A stretch of 64,000 nucleotides of DNA from Candidatus Latescibacterota bacterium (GCA_963707635.1 OY970173.1:896001-960000), one strand, 5' to 3'. Positions 19,315-30,267 are shown, numbered from the stretch's first letter. Notes: generated by a model from the sequence alone, not told the origin. A program made the numbers and translations.

Positions 19315-20707
19315 ATGATCGCCCTGCATGACGCCACGGTAACCTACGGCGATGGGACGCGCCCCGCGCTCGACGGGGTGTCGCTGCGCGTCGAACGCGG
19401 TGACTGGATCGGGATCGTGGGCGACAACGGGTCCGGCAAGACCACGTTGCTCACCGCCGTCGCCGGCCTGGTGGCGCTCGCCCGCGGGACGCGCGAGAGC
19501 AGTCCGGAGGTTCGCACCGCGCTCCTGCTCCAGGAGCCCGACAATCAGTTCGTCGCCACCAGTGTTCGTCACGAGCTCGCGCTCTCCGTTCCCGCCGACG
19601 TGAGCGCAAACGCGCGCAGCGCGCGCGTCGCCGAGGCGATCGCGCGCTTCGCGCTCGACCTCCTCCTGGATCGCAATCCGCACCGGCTGTCGGGCGGCGA
19701 AAAGCAGCGCCTCGCCTGCGCATCCGTCTGGCTCGAGGACCCCCACGTGCTCCTGCTCGACGAGCCGCTCGCCTACCTCGACGCCGGCGCGCGGGAGCGG
19801 GTCGTCGGTTTCGTGCGCGAAATGAATGCGCGCGGGGTTGCGGTGGTGTGGACCACACCCGACGAAGAGGACCTCGCCCTCGCGCGCCGGGTCGTGACGC
19901 TGGACCATGGTAGACTACGCGCCGGGGGGGCGCGACCTTCCTCGCACGCGAGTCCGCGCGCGCGTTGTCGACAGCGCGCGCGAGGACCTGAGCGCGCGAG
20001 GGAGGTCGTGCCCCCCTCACAGGCCGCTGCACCGTTCGTCGATCCGGTGGTCCACTTCGAGTCGGTGAGCCTTCTCGTATCGCGACGTCCCCGTGCTCGA
20101 CTCCGTCGACCTGGAAGTTCGGGCCGGTGAATGTCTGGGAGTTGCCGGTGCGAACGGCGCCGGCAAGTCGACGCTCCTGCTCCTGGCCGGGGGAGCGCTA
20201 CAGCCGGCCCGGGGCCGCGTAGAGCGTCGCGCCGCCGGTCCCGGCGGGGAAGGCGTGCTCTACCTCCCGCAGAATCCCGAGCGCCTGTTCTTCACGGAGT
20301 CGGTTCGCGACGAGATCGCGTTCGGTCTGCGGCGACGCGGGCAGTCGCGTCAGGATGCATCCGCTCGCGCGGACGACGCGCTGCGTGCGGTGGATCTCGA
20401 CCCGGCCGTGTTCGCCGAGCGCTCGCCGTTCCAATTGAGCGTCGGCGAGATGCGGCGGGTGGCGCTCGCGATCGCCGAGTCACTCGCGCCGCGGTTACTC
20501 CTCCTGGATGAGCCCGCGTCGGGCTTGGACGCGGCGGGCCGGCGTGTGCTGGCCGACCTCATCGCCGCGCGCACGGCGGCGGGCGCGGCCGTGGTCCTGG
20601 CCTCGCACGATCCGAAGGACCTTCTGGGCGTCTGCGACCGGGTGGTCACGATCGGGAACGGGCGGGCGCTGCCGGTGGCTCCTACCCCGTCCAGAAGCTC
20701 CGATTGA
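19315..20707 (+). pseudogene. Double-domain ECF/CbiO-type ABC ATPase, frameshifted near 20070 (possibly an assembly error)
   Basis: Two Walker A (GDNGSGKT, GANGAGKS) and two signature/Walker B sets; removing one C at ~20071 restores FESVSFSYRDVPVLD. Confidence 0.8.
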
Positions 20708-20732
20708 CGCGGCCCCCACCCGGGGCTAGTAT
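20704..20732 (+). promoter_or_regulatory. Putative sigma70 promoter
   Basis: TTGACG-17-TAGTAT upstream of GGAGG RBS. Confidence 0.45.
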
Positions 20733-20762
20733 GTCCGCCAACCTTCCAAAGGGAGGAAATAC

Positions 20763-21413
20763 GTGGATTATCAATCGTTTGGCGCCGTCGTGCGCCTGCT
20801 CGCCGTGGCGAGCATGTTTGTCACCGTGCTGAACAATATCTGGCGGCACGGGGACATCGATCTGACCGGACGATACGCCAACATGCGGACGATCTACGGC
20901 CGCGGGATACTCATCGGCGTCGTCATCGCGGCGCTCGCGCGCATCAACGTGGTCGCGATGCTTCGCGGCCAGCCGGCGTTCTCGTCCTACCTGCACTTCT
21001 ACGGGGTCGACCTGGTGGACGACGTGATCGGCGTCCTCGTCACCGGCGTCGCGCTCGCGTTTTTGAGCAAGTTCTGGAACGACTTCTTCGACCTGCTCTT
21101 CGAGCTCAAGCGCCTCGTTCGCGGGAAGGCGAACGCGCTGCGGGCCGACGAGCAGCCACGAGCCATGCGTGAGCCGCGCGATATGCGGGACATGCGCGAC
21201 ATGCGTCGCGGGGGCCGCGGGCGCGGATCCCGCGGGGGCGGTGGCCGCGGCATGGGTGATCGTGGTGACCGGGATCGCGGCGACCGGGACCGCGGCGAGC
21301 GGGATCGCACCGAGCGCGAGCGCGGGCGACCGGACCGACCCGATCGGCCCGAGCGACCGGACCGACCCGATCGGCCGGAGCCGCCGAGGGACCCGTTCGG
21401 TGCCAACCCTTGA
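20763..21413 (+). CDS. Small membrane protein with R/D/G/P low-complexity tail
   Basis: GGGAGG RBS; about three hydrophobic segments then MRD, GDR and PDR repeats. Confidence 0.7.
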   Translation: MDYQSFGAVVRLLAVASMFVTVLNNIWRHGDIDLTGRYANMRTIYGRGILIGVVIAALARINVVAMLRGQPAFSSYLHFYGVDLVDDVIGVLVTGVALAFLSKFWNDFFDLLFELKRLVRGKANALRADEQPRAMREPRDMRDMRDMRRGGRGRGSRGGGGRGMGDRGDRDRGDRDRGERDRTERERGRPDRPDRPERPDRPDRPEPPRDPFGANP

Positions 21414-21774
21414 CCGCTATCGCCTGTTAGGGAAGAGCGGGCTTCGAGTTTCCCCGCTTGCACTCGGCACCATGACGTTCGGCACCGAGTGGGGATGGGG
21501 AACGGAGAAAAACGAATGCCGCCGGATCTTCGAGGCATACCTCGGGGCCGGCGGCAATTTCGTCGATACCGCCAACAAGTACACGGAAGGCACCAGCGAA
21601 ACCATGCTGGGCGAGTTTCTCGCCGGCCGGCGCGACACGATCGTGCTCGCCACCAAGTACACGTTGTCGATGCGCCCGGACGACGCGAGCGCGATCGACC
21701 TCGGCTATCCGCACGTGTTCCTGAAGAGCCCGAGTGTCACGAAACTCATCTACGGGGGAACGAAGATCGAGTAG
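21400..21774 (+). pseudogene. Aldo/keto reductase with large in-frame internal deletion
   Basis: N-terminus LGKSGLRVSPLALGTMTFG...DTANKY...LATKY joined directly to a C-terminal-type segment ASAIDLGYPH; only 124 aa. Confidence 0.8.
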
Positions 21775-21809
21775 CCCGCGACATCGCTGTATCACGTCGC
21801 CCTGACGCC

Positions 21810-24687
21810 ATGCGTTTCGCCTCCCGCATCGCTTTCACGGTCATTGCCGCGCTGCTCGCGGGTCAATCGCCCGCGGCTCCACCATCGCGCCCGGCCCCGA
21901 CCACTCCCGCCGACTCGCTCTGGGGGCTCGTCGAGCCGTTGTTCGCGGCCGGCAAGTTCGATTCGATCCTCATCCGGCTCCCGTCCGTCATCCGCCATGC
22001 CGAGGCGATAGGGGATTCGACGCTGCTCGGCCGGGCGATCACGCAGCGAGGCCGCGTCTACCTCATGACGGGCGACCCACGCACCGTCCGCGACCTCGAT
22101 CTCGGCGTCCGGATCGCGGAGGCGATGCGCGACACGGTCGGGCTCATGCCGGCGGTCCATTTCCGGGGATTCGCGTACGCCGGGCAGGGCGACTACGACG
22201 ACGCCATGCGCTGCTACCAGCGGCGGCTATTCCTCGCGCAGCGCTCGCGCGCCCCCGCCGACGAGGCGTGGGCGCGCACCAGCATCGCATTCCTGCTGCA
22301 CCAGCGCGGGGACCATCGAGGCGCCAAGGCGGAATACCTGCGCGCGATCGCGCTGTTTCGTTCGGCGGGGCGCCCCGAGCTCGAGTTGACCGCGCTCGTC
22401 GGCCTGGGGCGCGTGGAGAGCGCGCTCGGCGACCAGAACGAGGCGATCCGTTGCTATCAGCGTGCGTGGGTCGTTTCCCGCCAGACGGGCGATCGGGTCA
22501 ACGAGATGTGGGCCACCAACAACCTCGCCGTGCTGGAAGAGACTCGCGACGACTTGAGCCGGTCGGCTGAGTACCAGAAACGCGCCTACGAGATCGCCAA
22601 GGAACTGAAATCTCCTCAAGCACTCGTTATCCTCGCCAGCAACCTGGCCACCCGCGCCAGCGATCTCGGTGATTTTGCGGGCGCGGACGCGCTCCTGGAA
22701 GAGACCGAGCAATTCTGCCGCAAGCACAACATGGAGGACCAGAACGAGGTCCGGTACCACATCGCGGAGTTGCGGCTGGTCGAGGGACGATATCGAGAGG
22801 CAGCGACCATCTTCCGGGAGCTCACGACGGGGGCGTCGCTCGAACAACAGCACCGTGACCGCGCGATTCTCGGGCTGGCCCGGGCGCTGGCGGCGAGCGA
22901 CAGTATGGCGCAGGCGCGCGCGCTGGTGGAAGCACGGCTGCGAAGCAAGGAAGAGCTCTACGGCGACGTGCGGCCATATTTCTATCTTTTCGCGGCGCGG
23001 ATGTGCGCGGATGCGAACCAGCGCGAAAGAGCACTCGAGTTCGCCACGCGCGCACGCCGGGCGGCGGAGGGTCTCGGGCAGTCGCACACCGCGGCGTCGA
23101 CCCGGCTGCGCGAGAGCGTCTATTATCGCAAGCTGGGTCGCCACGCCGAAGCGATCGCCAGTCTCGAAACCGCTCTCGACAGTCTGGAAGCGTTCCGTGG
23201 AGGGATCAGCACTGCGGAGTGGCGCGAGGTCTACGGCCAGGAGATTGCCCGAACGGTGATCGAGGCCGCGCGGGTCCTGCTCGTGTTCCCCGATTCGCTC
23301 CCCCGCGCGCGACGGGAGGAAGCGTTCTTCGACACCATGCAGCGTTTCAAGACCCGCACGCTGCTCGAGCGCATCAGCGAGCCGCGTTTCGGGTCGGACA
23401 TCGCGTCGGGTCGCTGGTCGAGCCGTCCGGCCACCATGGACGACCTTCAGGCCGTCCTGCAGCCCGGGGAGGTCGTGCTCGATTTTCTGGTCGGAGACGA
23501 GACCTCGTTCCTCTTCGCCGTCTCGCCCGACACGTTTCAGTTCGTCGAGCTCCCCGGGCCGGCTTCGCCGCTCGCCCAACGCGTCGAGCTCTTCCGGCGA
23601 CTGATCTCGAGCACGGACCCGGCGCTGCGCGCGCAGTATCCGCCCGAACGACTGGCCGTAATTCAGCGCGCCCTCGGCCGCGAGGTGCTCGGCGGCGTGG
23701 CGAATCTGGTGATCGCGTCGCAGTCGCGTGTTCGTTTCTCCTGACGGCTTCACCTCCATGGTTCCGTTCGGCGTGCTCGTGCTGGACGATTCCGGAGAGG
23801 TGCTCATGGCGGACCGCGACGTCGCGCAGGTGCCGTCGGCGAGCATCCTGGTCCGGCAACGAACCGCGCAAGCTCCCACGTGTACCGGCGCAGCGAGGGT
23901 GATGGCGGTTGCCGCGTCCGGATCGCGACTGGAAGGCGCCCGCGACGAGATCGACGACCTCGCGCGCGGCTATCGTCACGTGGTCCGGACGTCGACGCTC
24001 ACCGGTTTGGACGCTTCCACGGCAAACTCCGAGCGCTGCGATGTCCTGCACATCGCCGCCCACGCCCTCGTCGTCGACCATTCGCCGTGGGACTCCGGAA
24101 TCCGGCTCGGTCGCAACGCACCTGGCACCCCGCCGGCCTCCGGGGCTTCCACCCTCCGCGCGGACACGACGGCGATCCTTTCCACGGCGGACTCGCTGCT
24201 CGTGGCCCGCACCTTCCCCGGCGATCCGTTCCTGCGGGCGTGGCAGATCGCGCGGCTCGCGCTGCCCGCGAAGCTGGCGGTGCTCTCCGCGTGCGAGACC
24301 GCCGGGGGGCGCGTCACCAGCGGAGAAGGCACGCTCGGTATCACCGCCGCGTTCATGAGCGCGGGCGTGCCGGTGGTGGTCTCGAGTCTGTGGCCGGTCG
24401 ACGACCGGGCGACGCAGCGCATCATGCACGTGTTCTACCGGCGCCTGGCGGCAGGCGAGCCCGTCGCGACCGCGCTTCGTCTAGCCCAGCTCGAGGTGAG
24501 CCGGTCGGCAGAAACATCCCATCCGTTCCTCTGGGCGGGCTTCACGGTGGTGGGGGACGGGTCGGCGACGATCGCGATCGACAGAAAGCCGTGGGGCGCG
24601 ATCCTGGGGCTCGCGCTGACCCTGGTGCTGTTTGCGGTCGCGCTGGCCGCCGTCCGGCATCGACGGACCCGGCAGGCCGTGGGATAA
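21810..24687 (+). CDS. TPR-CHAT (caspase-like) protease with signal peptide and C-terminal TM; frameshift near 23725
   Basis: TPR region; frame change restores RVFVSPDG; LHIAAH and LSACET catalytic His/Cys; VSSLWPVDD, HPFLWAGF. Confidence 0.85.
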
Positions 24688-24712
24688 TTGCCGAAGCACA
24701 TGCTCGTGCACT

Positions 24713-24779
24713 AGCGGGTGGCGCCGGACCGGGGCCCCCGCGGCGGACGCCGCGGGGTGGGACGGCGACAGGACCCGCG
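24713..24779. repeat. 67-bp intergenic hairpin repeat, copy B
   Basis: See 17189-17255. Confidence 0.85.
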
Positions 24780-24813
24780 AGGTTGACGACAGAAAAGTTC
24801 CGTGTGACGAATC

Positions 24814-25416
24814 ATGACCGAGCCGTCTAAACCAATAGGGGCGGGTGCCGCGGACGAGGACCTGCTCCAGGTCGTGCGACACGACCCGGATCCGGTCCGC
24901 CGCCGCCTGGCAGCGGTCGAGCTCGTGACCCGCTATCGCGACGCGGTTTACCTCTGGTGTTACCGGTACACCCGGGACACCGAACGCGCGCTGGACGTGT
25001 CGCAGGACGTGCTCGTTACGGTTTGGGAGAAGATCGGCACATTCGAAGGGCGGTCGAAGTTCTCGTCGTGGCTGTTCTCGATCACGCGCAACCGGTGCAT
25101 CGATGGCAGCCGGCGGGTGGATATTCTGGCCGACGAGCCGATGTCGGAGGACCTGCCCGACCCGGCGCCGCTCCCGGACGCTGCGTTCGCGGATGGGGAA
25201 GACGAAGGCTGGCTGCTCCGCACGATTCGTACCGAGCTGGCGCCGGACGAACAGGGAGCGATCTGGCTCCGTTGCGTGGAGCGCCTGCCGGTCGATGAAG
25301 TAACGCGCATCCTGGGGATCGACGGCGCCGCCGGCGCCCGAGGGGTGTTGCAGCGCGCGCGGCGCAAGTTGCGCGCGGCGATGGAGCGTCGCGAAGGCGG
25401 GGGGAGGAGAGTATGA
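24814..25416 (+). CDS. ECF RNA polymerase sigma factor
   Basis: ALDVSQD, FEGRSKFSSWLFSITRNRCID, region 4 ending RARRKLR. Confidence 0.9.
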   Translation: MTEPSKPIGAGAADEDLLQVVRHDPDPVRRRLAAVELVTRYRDAVYLWCYRYTRDTERALDVSQDVLVTVWEKIGTFEGRSKFSSWLFSITRNRCIDGSRRVDILADEPMSEDLPDPAPLPDAAFADGEDEGWLLRTIRTELAPDEQGAIWLRCVERLPVDEVTRILGIDGAAGARGVLQRARRKLRAAMERREGGGRRV

Positions 25417-26074
25417 CGGAAATCAAGTGCGTCGAGGCCGAGCGAATCGGCAATGTGCTCGAGTATCCGGCTGACCATCCGGTTCGCCGGCACACGGAGG
25501 AATGCCCGCGGTGCCGGTCGCTCGTGCAGAGTTATCAGGCCTTCCTGGAAGCGGCGCCCGACGCGGGCGCGGGTGTGTCGGACGCTCGGCCACGGCTGGA
25601 CGCGGCGATCCGGCGTGGCGCCGACGCGGCATTCCCCGCGGAGTCACGCGCTCCCTTTCCAATGAAGTCGCAGGGATGGTGGCGCGCGTGGGTGCGGCCG
25701 CTTCCGGCGCTTGCAACCGCCCTGGTCATCGTGGCCGCGGCGGTGCTGCTCTGGCCGCGTGACGAACAGACCTCGCTGCTTCGTGAGAGCGGACAGGCCA
25801 CCGATGCCTGGAATCTGTCGGCCTCGGCTGCCGATGGATCGGTACTTCTGTCATGGAACGCGATGACCGGTGCCGACGCCTACGAGGTTCGCATCTACGG
25901 CGCCGAGCTCGACGAACTGCTGCGGCTCCCTTCCGCCGGGACGTCCCTCGCGGTGGATCGATCGGCTCTTCCCGCGGATCTGCCATCCGGCGCGGACCTG
26001 ACCTGGGTTGTCACCGCTCTCCGGGGCGGCGACGTGTGCAGACCTCGCCTCCGGGTTCGTTGCGGTTGCCGTAG
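25413..26074 (+). CDS. Zinc-binding anti-sigma factor (HxxxCxxC, TM, extracytoplasmic beta domain); frameshift near 26037
   Basis: HTEECPRC, TM ALATALVIVAAAVLLW, LSWNAMTGADAYEV; natural end VQTSPPGSLRLP* lies in another frame. Confidence 0.75.
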
Positions 26075-26157
26075 TCGCCCGCAAGATGGTAATTGCGCGC
26101 TAGACACGCCCCGATTGCCGGCTTGGCAGGTCGCGTGGATCGCGCTAGCATGGAGCC

Positions 26158-26979
26158 GTGATCGAGCACGACCAACAAGGTGTCCGCTTCTACACCTTCG
26201 ACTCGCTCGACGCGCGCGAAGATGTAATCGCGTTTGTCACCACGCGCACCGCCGGCGAGAGCCGGGGCCCGTACGCGTCGCTCAACCTCGGCATGCGTTC
26301 CGGCGACGACCCTGCCGTCGTGGCGCGCAACCGCGCGCGGGTAGCGGCGCTTGCGAACGCGCCGTCGTTCCTGCTCGGCAAGCAGGTGCACGGCAAGCGC
26401 ATCGCCGTCGTCCCCGACGGATACTCCGGCGGCGCATTCGAAGATACCGATGCCCTGATCACCCACGCGACCGCTACCCCGCTGGCCGTGCTGACCGCCG
26501 ACTGCGCGGCGGTATTTCTCTTCGATCCGAAGCAGCACGCGATCGGCATCGCGCACGCGGGCTGGCGCGGGACGGTCGCGAACATCGCGGCGCTCACGGT
26601 GGTGCGCATGGGCGACGAATTCGGCACTGATCCGGCGGATCTCGTCGCCGGGATCGGGCCGTCGATCGGGCCCTGCTGCTACGAAGTCGGCGCCGAGGTG
26701 ATCGACGCGTTCGCGGATGCGAACGCGGAGATGGCCGATGAAGTGCTCGTCGATCCGGATCTCGCCTCGGCGGGGAGCTTCCGCGCTTCCGTGAACGAGG
26801 GACGCAAGCACCTCGACCTGTGGCGCGCGAACGAGCTCGTGCTGGTTGCGGCCGGTCTGAGCGAGGATGCGATCGAGGTGTCGCACCTGTGCACGGCGTG
26901 CCGCCGGGACCTCTTCTATTCGCATCGCGGCGAAAAGGGCGTCACCGGGCGCTTCGCGGGCGTGATCGCGCTCCGGTAA
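26158..26979 (+). CDS. pgeF: Peptidoglycan editing factor PgeF/YfiH
   Basis: SLNLG, QVHG, TADC, HAGWRG, GPSIGPCCYEV, YSHR. Confidence 0.93.
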   Translation: MIEHDQQGVRFYTFDSLDAREDVIAFVTTRTAGESRGPYASLNLGMRSGDDPAVVARNRARVAALANAPSFLLGKQVHGKRIAVVPDGYSGGAFEDTDALITHATATPLAVLTADCAAVFLFDPKQHAIGIAHAGWRGTVANIAALTVVRMGDEFGTDPADLVAGIGPSIGPCCYEVGAEVIDAFADANAEMADEVLVDPDLASAGSFRASVNEGRKHLDLWRANELVLVAAGLSEDAIEVSHLCTACRRDLFYSHRGEKGVTGRFAGVIALR

Positions 26980-27062
26980 CTGCCCGAGACCCCTTGCTAC
27001 TCCCGCCTGGCGCCCGTATGATGGAAGCGTCATCCGGTCACGCCAACCGCGAGGAGTCATCG

Positions 27063-27629
27063 ATGCCCGAGCCGCAGATCGACGTCGCCCGCTACTACAA
27101 CGGCGGCCTTTCATGGCCGCAGTTTCTCGCGTCGGCCGCGGACAACGCAGACCGCATGCGCGCGTTCTACGACGCCTTCGAGTTCGACGAGGACACGCTC
27201 TCGTTCTTCAACGGGCGCACGCCGCTCCAGGTGCTGGCGATCGCGGAGGACTGGTGCCCGGACGTGGCGCAAAACGTCGCCGTCGTCGCCCGCGTGTCCG
27301 CCGAGGTTCCGGGCATGGAGTTGAGCGTCGTCCGCCGCGAAGAATGCCCCGAGTTGATGGACGAGTACACCACCGGCGGCAAGCGGCGTATCCCCGTGAT
27401 TGCGTTCTTCGACATGACGTTTCGCGAGCTGGCGCGGTGGTCCGGGCGTTGCCGGTCGGCGGATCGCTGGATCTTCGACGAGGTGCTCAAGGGCGGGCGC
27501 GATGTCACGGTGCTGAAGGGCGAACAGAAGCAGCGCTTCGACGCCGAATACGACACGCGCTACCGCGACACGTACGTGTGGGAAACGATCGCGGAGTGGC
27601 AGCACCTGCTGGAGGACCAGGACTACTAG
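27063..27629 (+). CDS. Thioredoxin-fold protein (WCPD)
   Basis: LAIAEDWCPDV, RRIP; GAGGAG RBS. Confidence 0.8.
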   Translation: MPEPQIDVARYYNGGLSWPQFLASAADNADRMRAFYDAFEFDEDTLSFFNGRTPLQVLAIAEDWCPDVAQNVAVVARVSAEVPGMELSVVRREECPELMDEYTTGGKRRIPVIAFFDMTFRELARWSGRCRSADRWIFDEVLKGGRDVTVLKGEQKQRFDAEYDTRYRDTYVWETIAEWQHLLEDQDY

Positions 27630-27636
27630 AGGAATC

Positions 27637-28050
27637 ATGAACGACTGGGTCAAAGTGGCATCGTTCAGCCAGCCCTTCGAGGCCCACCTCGCGCGCACGA
27701 GGCTCGAGGCGGAAGGCATCGCCTGCGTCGTGAGCGACGAGTACCTGGTGCGCGTCGACTGGCTCCTGTCCAACGCGATCGGCGGGGTCAAACTCATGGT
27801 GCCCGCCGGGGAAGCGGCGCGCGCGCGCGAGACGCTGCGGCCGCGTCCGCACCTGGTCGTGGTCGCCCAGGCGGGCACGCCGTCGGATGGTGAGATGATC
27901 TGCCCGCGCTGCCGGTCCTACGACGTCTACTACAGCCATTACAGCCGCCGGATCGCCGGCGTGTTCATCCTGCTGCTCGGATTTCTCGTGCCGTGGCGGG
28001 ACCGTCGCTGGTCCTGCACGCAGTGCGGCTACGAGTGGAAGGAACGCTGA
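27637..28050 (+). CDS. DUF2007-like protein with zinc ribbon and TM
   Basis: EAHLARTRLEAEGI, AIGGVKLMV, CPRC...CTQC. Confidence 0.8.
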   Translation: MNDWVKVASFSQPFEAHLARTRLEAEGIACVVSDEYLVRVDWLLSNAIGGVKLMVPAGEAARARETLRPRPHLVVVAQAGTPSDGEMICPRCRSYDVYYSHYSRRIAGVFILLLGFLVPWRDRRWSCTQCGYEWKER

Positions 28051-28054
28051 CGGA

Positions 28055-28540
28055 ATGGTCGATTCGGCCGGGAAGCCGGAACTCCCCGCCCCTCATGTCG
28101 AGGCCATACGCCGCCAGACCGCGATCATGGTCGGCGCCTTAGGGGTATCGCTGGTGACGTGCCTGGTGGTGGTCGAGGTGTTCCGCCGGTCTCGGCCCGT
28201 CACCCCTGCCATCACGGGGCTGGACCAGATCCGTATCGCTCTGTTCGTGGTCGTCGCCGTGTTGATTTTCACCTCGACCGTCCTCAAGAGCCTCCTGTTG
28301 CGTCAGCCGTCTCCCGACCCGGCGCTGCGCCTGGCGCGCATGCGCACCGCCACCATCCTGGCCGCCGCCATGGCGGAACTTCCCGCCATGCTCGGCCTGG
28401 TGCTATTCATCCTCGGCGGCTCGCAGAACGATTTCTACGTCCTCGCCATTGTATCGCTCTACATGCTCGTGCGACACTTCCCGCGCCGGGAACCCTGGGA
28501 CGCCTACGTGCAGCGCGGCGGCACGCATTCCGTGCGGTAG
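28055..28540 (+). CDS. Hypothetical membrane protein
   Basis: Four hydrophobic segments; operon-like spacing. Confidence 0.7.
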   Translation: MVDSAGKPELPAPHVEAIRRQTAIMVGALGVSLVTCLVVVEVFRRSRPVTPAITGLDQIRIALFVVVAVLIFTSTVLKSLLLRQPSPDPALRLARMRTATILAAAMAELPAMLGLVLFILGGSQNDFYVLAIVSLYMLVRHFPRREPWDAYVQRGGTHSVR

Positions 28541-28546
28541 TGGCAC

Positions 28547-28586
28547 AGCGGGTGGCGCCGACGGGCTGTCGGCGCCAGCACCCGCG
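28547..28586. repeat. Short AGCGGGTGGCG hairpin element
   Basis: GCGGGTG-GCGCCGAC-GGGCT-GTCGGCGC-CAG-CACCCGC. Confidence 0.55.
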
Positions 28587-28609
28587 GAGACCGACTTCAA
28601 GAGACAGCC

Positions 28610-29312
28610 ATGCTGGACCTCCGTCGCTTCGACGTCATTACTTTCGACTGCTACGGGACACTGATCGACTGGGAGACGGGGATTCTTTCCGCGCTGACGT
28701 CGTTTCGCTCCGAAAACAACCTGCGCGTCGCGGACGACGAGCTGCTGGAGAGTCTACGCCGCCCTCGAGACCGTGCTGCAAAGCGGGGATCACGTGAGCT
28801 ACCGCGAGGTGCTGCGCGGCGTCATGCGCGGACTCGCGACGCGGTATTCGGTCCCGACCAGCCGCATCGACACCGACGCGCTGGTGGCGTCGCTTCCGAC
28901 CTGGCCGCCGTTTTCCGACACGGTGGACGCGCTGCACCGGCTGCGCCGGCACTGCAAGCTGGGCATCATCAGCAACATCGACGACGAACTCTTCGCGGCC
29001 ACGTCGCTCGCGCTGGAGGTGCCCTTCGACTGGGTGATCACCGCCGAGCAGGTGCGCGCGTACAAGCCGTCGCGGCAGAACTTCGAACAGGCGCTGGAGC
29101 GGATCGGGATTCCGAAAGAACGCGTGTTGCACGCCGCCCAGAGCCGCTTCCACGACGTGGCACCGGCGAGCGCGCTGGGACTCGCCACCGTGTGGGTGAA
29201 TCGTCGGGGCGACAGGCCGGGCGCGGGCGCGACGGCGCCCTCGGACGCAACCGCGGACCTCGAGGTTCCCGACCTGGCGACGCTCGCCGACCGCATGGAG
29301 GCGCGCGCGTGA
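28610..29312 (+). CDS. Haloacid dehalogenase type II-like HAD hydrolase; frameshift near 28751
   Basis: TFDCYGTLIDWE in one frame; ISNIDD, YKPS, HAAQSRFHD, WVNR in another. Confidence 0.85.
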
Positions 29313-30253
29313 TCTGGAAGCCGATCGTGCGCGGGCTGGTGACCTATTTCCCGCCGATCGAGAAGCGCATCGCCAAGTCCACCCGCGGGACCGATTCCGC
29401 GCGCTACTGCTACTCGGTGTGGCTCCGGCACCTGGTCATGGCGCGCGCGAACGGGCTGGCCGACGACCCGCGCGTCGTCGCCGAACTGGGGCCGGGCGAT
29501 TCGCTGGGTATCGGGTTGGCCGCGCTGCTCACCGGGGCCTCGCGCTATGTCGGTCTCGACCGGGTCGCGTACGCCGACCCGTCGCGAAATGCCGCCGTGC
29601 TCGACGAACTGGTGGCGCTGTTTCGCGCGCGCGCGGCGATTCCCGACGCGGGTGAATTCCCGGAACTGAAGCCCTATTTGCCCTCCTACGAATTCCCGTC
29701 CGCGTTGCTGCCGTCCGCGCGCATGAGCGCCTGCCTGCTGGAGACGCGCGTGGACGCGATCCGCGCCGCGCTGCGAAGCATGAACGACGAATCGGGTGCC
29801 ATCACGATGGCGTATCGCGCGCCGTGGTTCGACCCGTCGGTCGTGCGCCGCGGCACGATCGACATGATCTACTCGCAGGCGGTGCTCGAGCACGTCGACG
29901 ACCTCGGCGCTACCTACGCCGCGCTGGCGGAGTGGCTCAAGCCGGGCGGGGTCGCATCGCACCAGATCGGATTCGTCTCCCACGGGTTGACCCCGGAGTG
30001 GAACGGTCACTGGGCCATCGCCGACCCGGTCTGGAAGGTGATCCGCGGCCGCCGGCCGTACCTCCTCAACCGCGAGCCGGCCTCGACGCACGTCCGCCTC
30101 ATCAAGCGCTCGGGGCTGAATGTGGCCGGCGAGGTGCGCGTGCAGATCGCGAGCGGGATCGAGCGCTCCCGGCTGGCGCGCCGGTTTCGGCAGATGTCCG
30201 ACGAAGACCTCACCACCAAGGCGATCTTTCTGCAGGCCGTCAAGCCGGCGTGA
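29309..30253 (+). CDS. Class I SAM-dependent methyltransferase
   Basis: AELGPGDSLG, IYSQAVLEHV, LKPGG. Confidence 0.8.
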   Translation: MIWKPIVRGLVTYFPPIEKRIAKSTRGTDSARYCYSVWLRHLVMARANGLADDPRVVAELGPGDSLGIGLAALLTGASRYVGLDRVAYADPSRNAAVLDELVALFRARAAIPDAGEFPELKPYLPSYEFPSALLPSARMSACLLETRVDAIRAALRSMNDESGAITMAYRAPWFDPSVVRRGTIDMIYSQAVLEHVDDLGATYAALAEWLKPGGVASHQIGFVSHGLTPEWNGHWAIADPVWKVIRGRRPYLLNREPASTHVRLIKRSGLNVAGEVRVQIASGIERSRLARRFRQMSDEDLTTKAIFLQAVKPA

Positions 30254-30267
30254 GGTAGCCGCCGGCG

